Source: Sedimentisphaerales bacterium (GTDB lineage: Bacteria; Planctomycetota; Phycisphaerae; Sedimentisphaerales; Anaerobacaceae). From it: DNA of 64,000 nt. Under the pieces are notes generated by a model that ran no database searches, had not been told where the DNA came from, and saw only the letters and a list, made by a program, of their open reading frames with translations. A program made the position numbers and the translations under genes. The DNA lies in the NCBI GenBank assembly GCA_030611315.1, contig JAUWPZ010000001.1:8640-72639 (forward strand). The letters are read 5' to 3'. This document shows, piece by piece, positions 62,496 to 64,000 of this stretch (its first letter is position 1; the number at the start of each line of letters is the position of its first letter).

Positions 62496-63037
62496 CCCCG
62501 AAGCAGGCTTCGGGGCTAAACAGTGTTGCATATCGTTAGATTCGCGGATACCATTGGTCTTATGGGGAAGATGATTGGGTATATGGTGACGTGGACGACA
62601 TACGGGACGTGGTTGCAGGGTGATGAAAGAGGATACGTGCGGGATGGAAAAGTGCTGCCGTCAGATGCAGGACTCGAAGAGGCAAATAGAAAACTGCAAA
62701 AGTTCAGGCCTGTTCGTCTAACACCTAAGCAGAAAAGGGTCGTCGAAGAGGCTGTGCTCAAAGAGGCAGAACGAATCGGGCAGGAGATACTTGCGCTTGC
62801 GGTTTGCTCGAATCATGTTCATCTTGTGGCCGGCAAAGGGAAAGAGTCAATAGAGAATGCCGTGTCCCGGTATAAAAATGTGTCGTCCGGTGCCCTGAAA
62901 AAAACGGGATTGACAAAAAGGATATGGACGCGCGGTTTTGACAAGAGGTTCTGTTTCAGTGGTGAACAACTCGAGCAGAAAATCGAATATGTTCGTCGTC
63001 ACGACAAAATCGGTTAGCCCGCAGGCCAGCCTGCGGG
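62496..63037 (+). mobile_element. Hairpin-flanked IS200-like (HUH Y1) cassette
   Basis: The left hairpin is CCCCGAAGC-AG-GCTTCGGGG (62496-62515). The right hairpin is CCCGCAGGC-CA-GCCTGCGGG (63018-63037), immediately after the stop. Both have the same 9-2-9 architecture. Confidence 0.6.
62562..63017 (+). CDS. IS200-like / RAYT-like HUH tyrosine (Y1) transposase family protein
   Basis: It has GYMVTWTTYGTWLQGDERGYV and the HUH motif NHVHLV. The product is ~151 aa from ATG 62562. Confidence 0.65.
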   Translation: MGKMIGYMVTWTTYGTWLQGDERGYVRDGKVLPSDAGLEEANRKLQKFRPVRLTPKQKRVVEEAVLKEAERIGQEILALAVCSNHVHLVAGKGKESIENAVSRYKNVSSGALKKTGLTKRIWTRGFDKRFCFSGEQLEQKIEYVRRHDKIG

Positions 63038-63043
63038 TGAAGA

Positions 63044-64000
63044 CTAAATGGACTTTTTCTTTTTTGCGAGGTATTCGTTCATTGCGGCGGCGGCGATCCG
63101 GCCCTGGCCCATTGCAAGGATAACGGTTGCGGCGCCGAGGACAATGTCTCCGCCGGCGTAAACGCCTTCCAGTAATGTCTTGCAATTCTCATCGACGACA
63201 ATGTTTCCCCACTTGTTGAACTCCAGGCCGGGCGTGGTCTGGCGGATGAGTGGATTTGCGGCGTTGCCGATTGCGATAATCACGGTGTCGAGGCCGATTC
63301 TGAACTCTGAGCCTTCGATGGGGATAGGCCTTCTGCGGCCGGAGTCGTCGGGCTCGCCGAGGCGATACTTGAGGCATTCGATTCCGGTAACACGGCTGTT
63401 GTCGTCGCCGATTATTCGTTTTGGGCTTTGCAGAATATGAAATTCGACGCCCTCTTCTTTTGCGTGGTGTACTTCTTCGACTCTGGCGGGCATCTCCTTT
63501 TCGGTCCTTCGATAAACCAGATAAACTTTTTCGGCTCCGAGCCTGACGGCCGTTCTGGCTGAGTCCATAGCAACGTTGCCACCGCCTATGACGGCGACTT
63601 TCTTCGATTGGACAATGGGGGTGTCGGCGCTTTTTCCGAAGTCGTAGGCCCTCATAAGATTTGCGCGCGTGAGATATTCGTTGGCGCTGAATACGCCGAT
63701 AAGCGATTCGCCTTCGATGCTCATAAATCTGGGCAGGCCCGCCCCGACTCCGATATAAACGGCGTCGAATCCGTCCTCTTTCATTAGTTGCTCGATGGCC
63801 CTTGTTCTTCCGACGATGAAGTTGCAGACGATTTTGACGCCCATTTTTTCGAGTGTGTCGATTTCCCGCTGGACGATTGCCTTGGGTAGTCTGAATTCCG
63901 GGATTCCATACACCATCACGCCTCCGGTCTTATGGAAGGCCTCGAATATGGTAACGTCGTGGCCGGCCCTTCTGGTATCCGCTGCTGCGACGATGCCGCC
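63044..64000 (-). CDS. Glutamate synthase small-subunit-like NAD(P)H oxidoreductase (GltD/SudA-like), 5' partial
   Basis: It has YGIPEFRLPK and VAVIGGGNVAMDSARTA. The frame stays open to the window edge (…HDVTIFEAFHKTGGV…). Confidence 0.8.
   Translation of the reverse strand, partial: GGIVAAADTRRAGHDVTIFEAFHKTGGVMVYGIPEFRLPKAIVQREIDTLEKMGVKIVCNFIVGRTRAIEQLMKEDGFDAVYIGVGAGLPRFMSIEGESLIGVFSANEYLTRANLMRAYDFGKSADTPIVQSKKVAVIGGGNVAMDSARTAVRLGAEKVYLVYRRTEKEMPARVEEVHHAKEEGVEFHILQSPKRIIGDDNSRVTGIECLKYRLGEPDDSGRRRPIPIEGSEFRIGLDTVIIAIGNAANPLIRQTTPGLEFNKWGNIVVDENCKTLLEGVYAGGDIVLGAATVILAMGQGRIAAAAMNEYLAKKKKSI

Overview
This is a 64 kb chromosomal segment of about 52% GC. All family calls below rest on motifs read by eye from the ORF track, because no searches were run. 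The gene content points to an anaerobic Planctomycetota (Phycisphaerae-like), Kiritimatiellota or Lentisphaerota-type bacterium, but this lineage call is tentative. The evidence is two DUF1559/H-X9-DG prepilin-like paralogs, Tat-signal Cys-type sulfatases, a PEP-CTERM protein, and oxygen-sensitive enzymes (a tungsten/molybdenum AOR and an HAD/BCR-type radical enzyme).

Most of the window is housekeeping: aconitase, hisD, alaS, recA, thpR, gltX, glnS, trpC, smpB, zupT and thiE. Accessory islands are interleaved with these genes:
- a YdhV/YdhX-like AOR operon bracketed by the DUF1559 paralogs;
- two tandem sulfatases;
- a run of small membrane proteins with extreme charged tails;
- an MNT/HEPN toxin-antitoxin pair wedged between gltX and glnS;
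- a LemA-TPM operon;
- an orphan ParA fused to a CBM48-like glycogen-binding domain.

The best candidate for an undescribed system is at 43.2-49.9 kb. It is an operon of MarR, an Lnt-like membrane CN-hydrolase, and a 1529-aa fusion of a double activase with an HAD/BCR enzyme (PlsA/PlsR- or Ger-like). It sits divergent from an LtaS-like gene and looks like an envelope or ether-lipid remodelling module.

Two layers of non-coding structure are not explained by the genes. The first is a three-copy intergenic element of 104-156 nt. The second is a set of word-like tandem repeats with a 7-8 nt period. These repeats flank two selfish-looking small genes, an Avd-like four-helix-bundle gene and a hairpin-flanked IS200-like Y1 gene. 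They also occur in frame inside alaS and a DUF1015 gene.

A consensus promoter with an UP element drives an unexplained leader of about 600 nt upstream of one DUF1559 gene. I recognised no rRNA genes, tRNA genes or CRISPR arrays.
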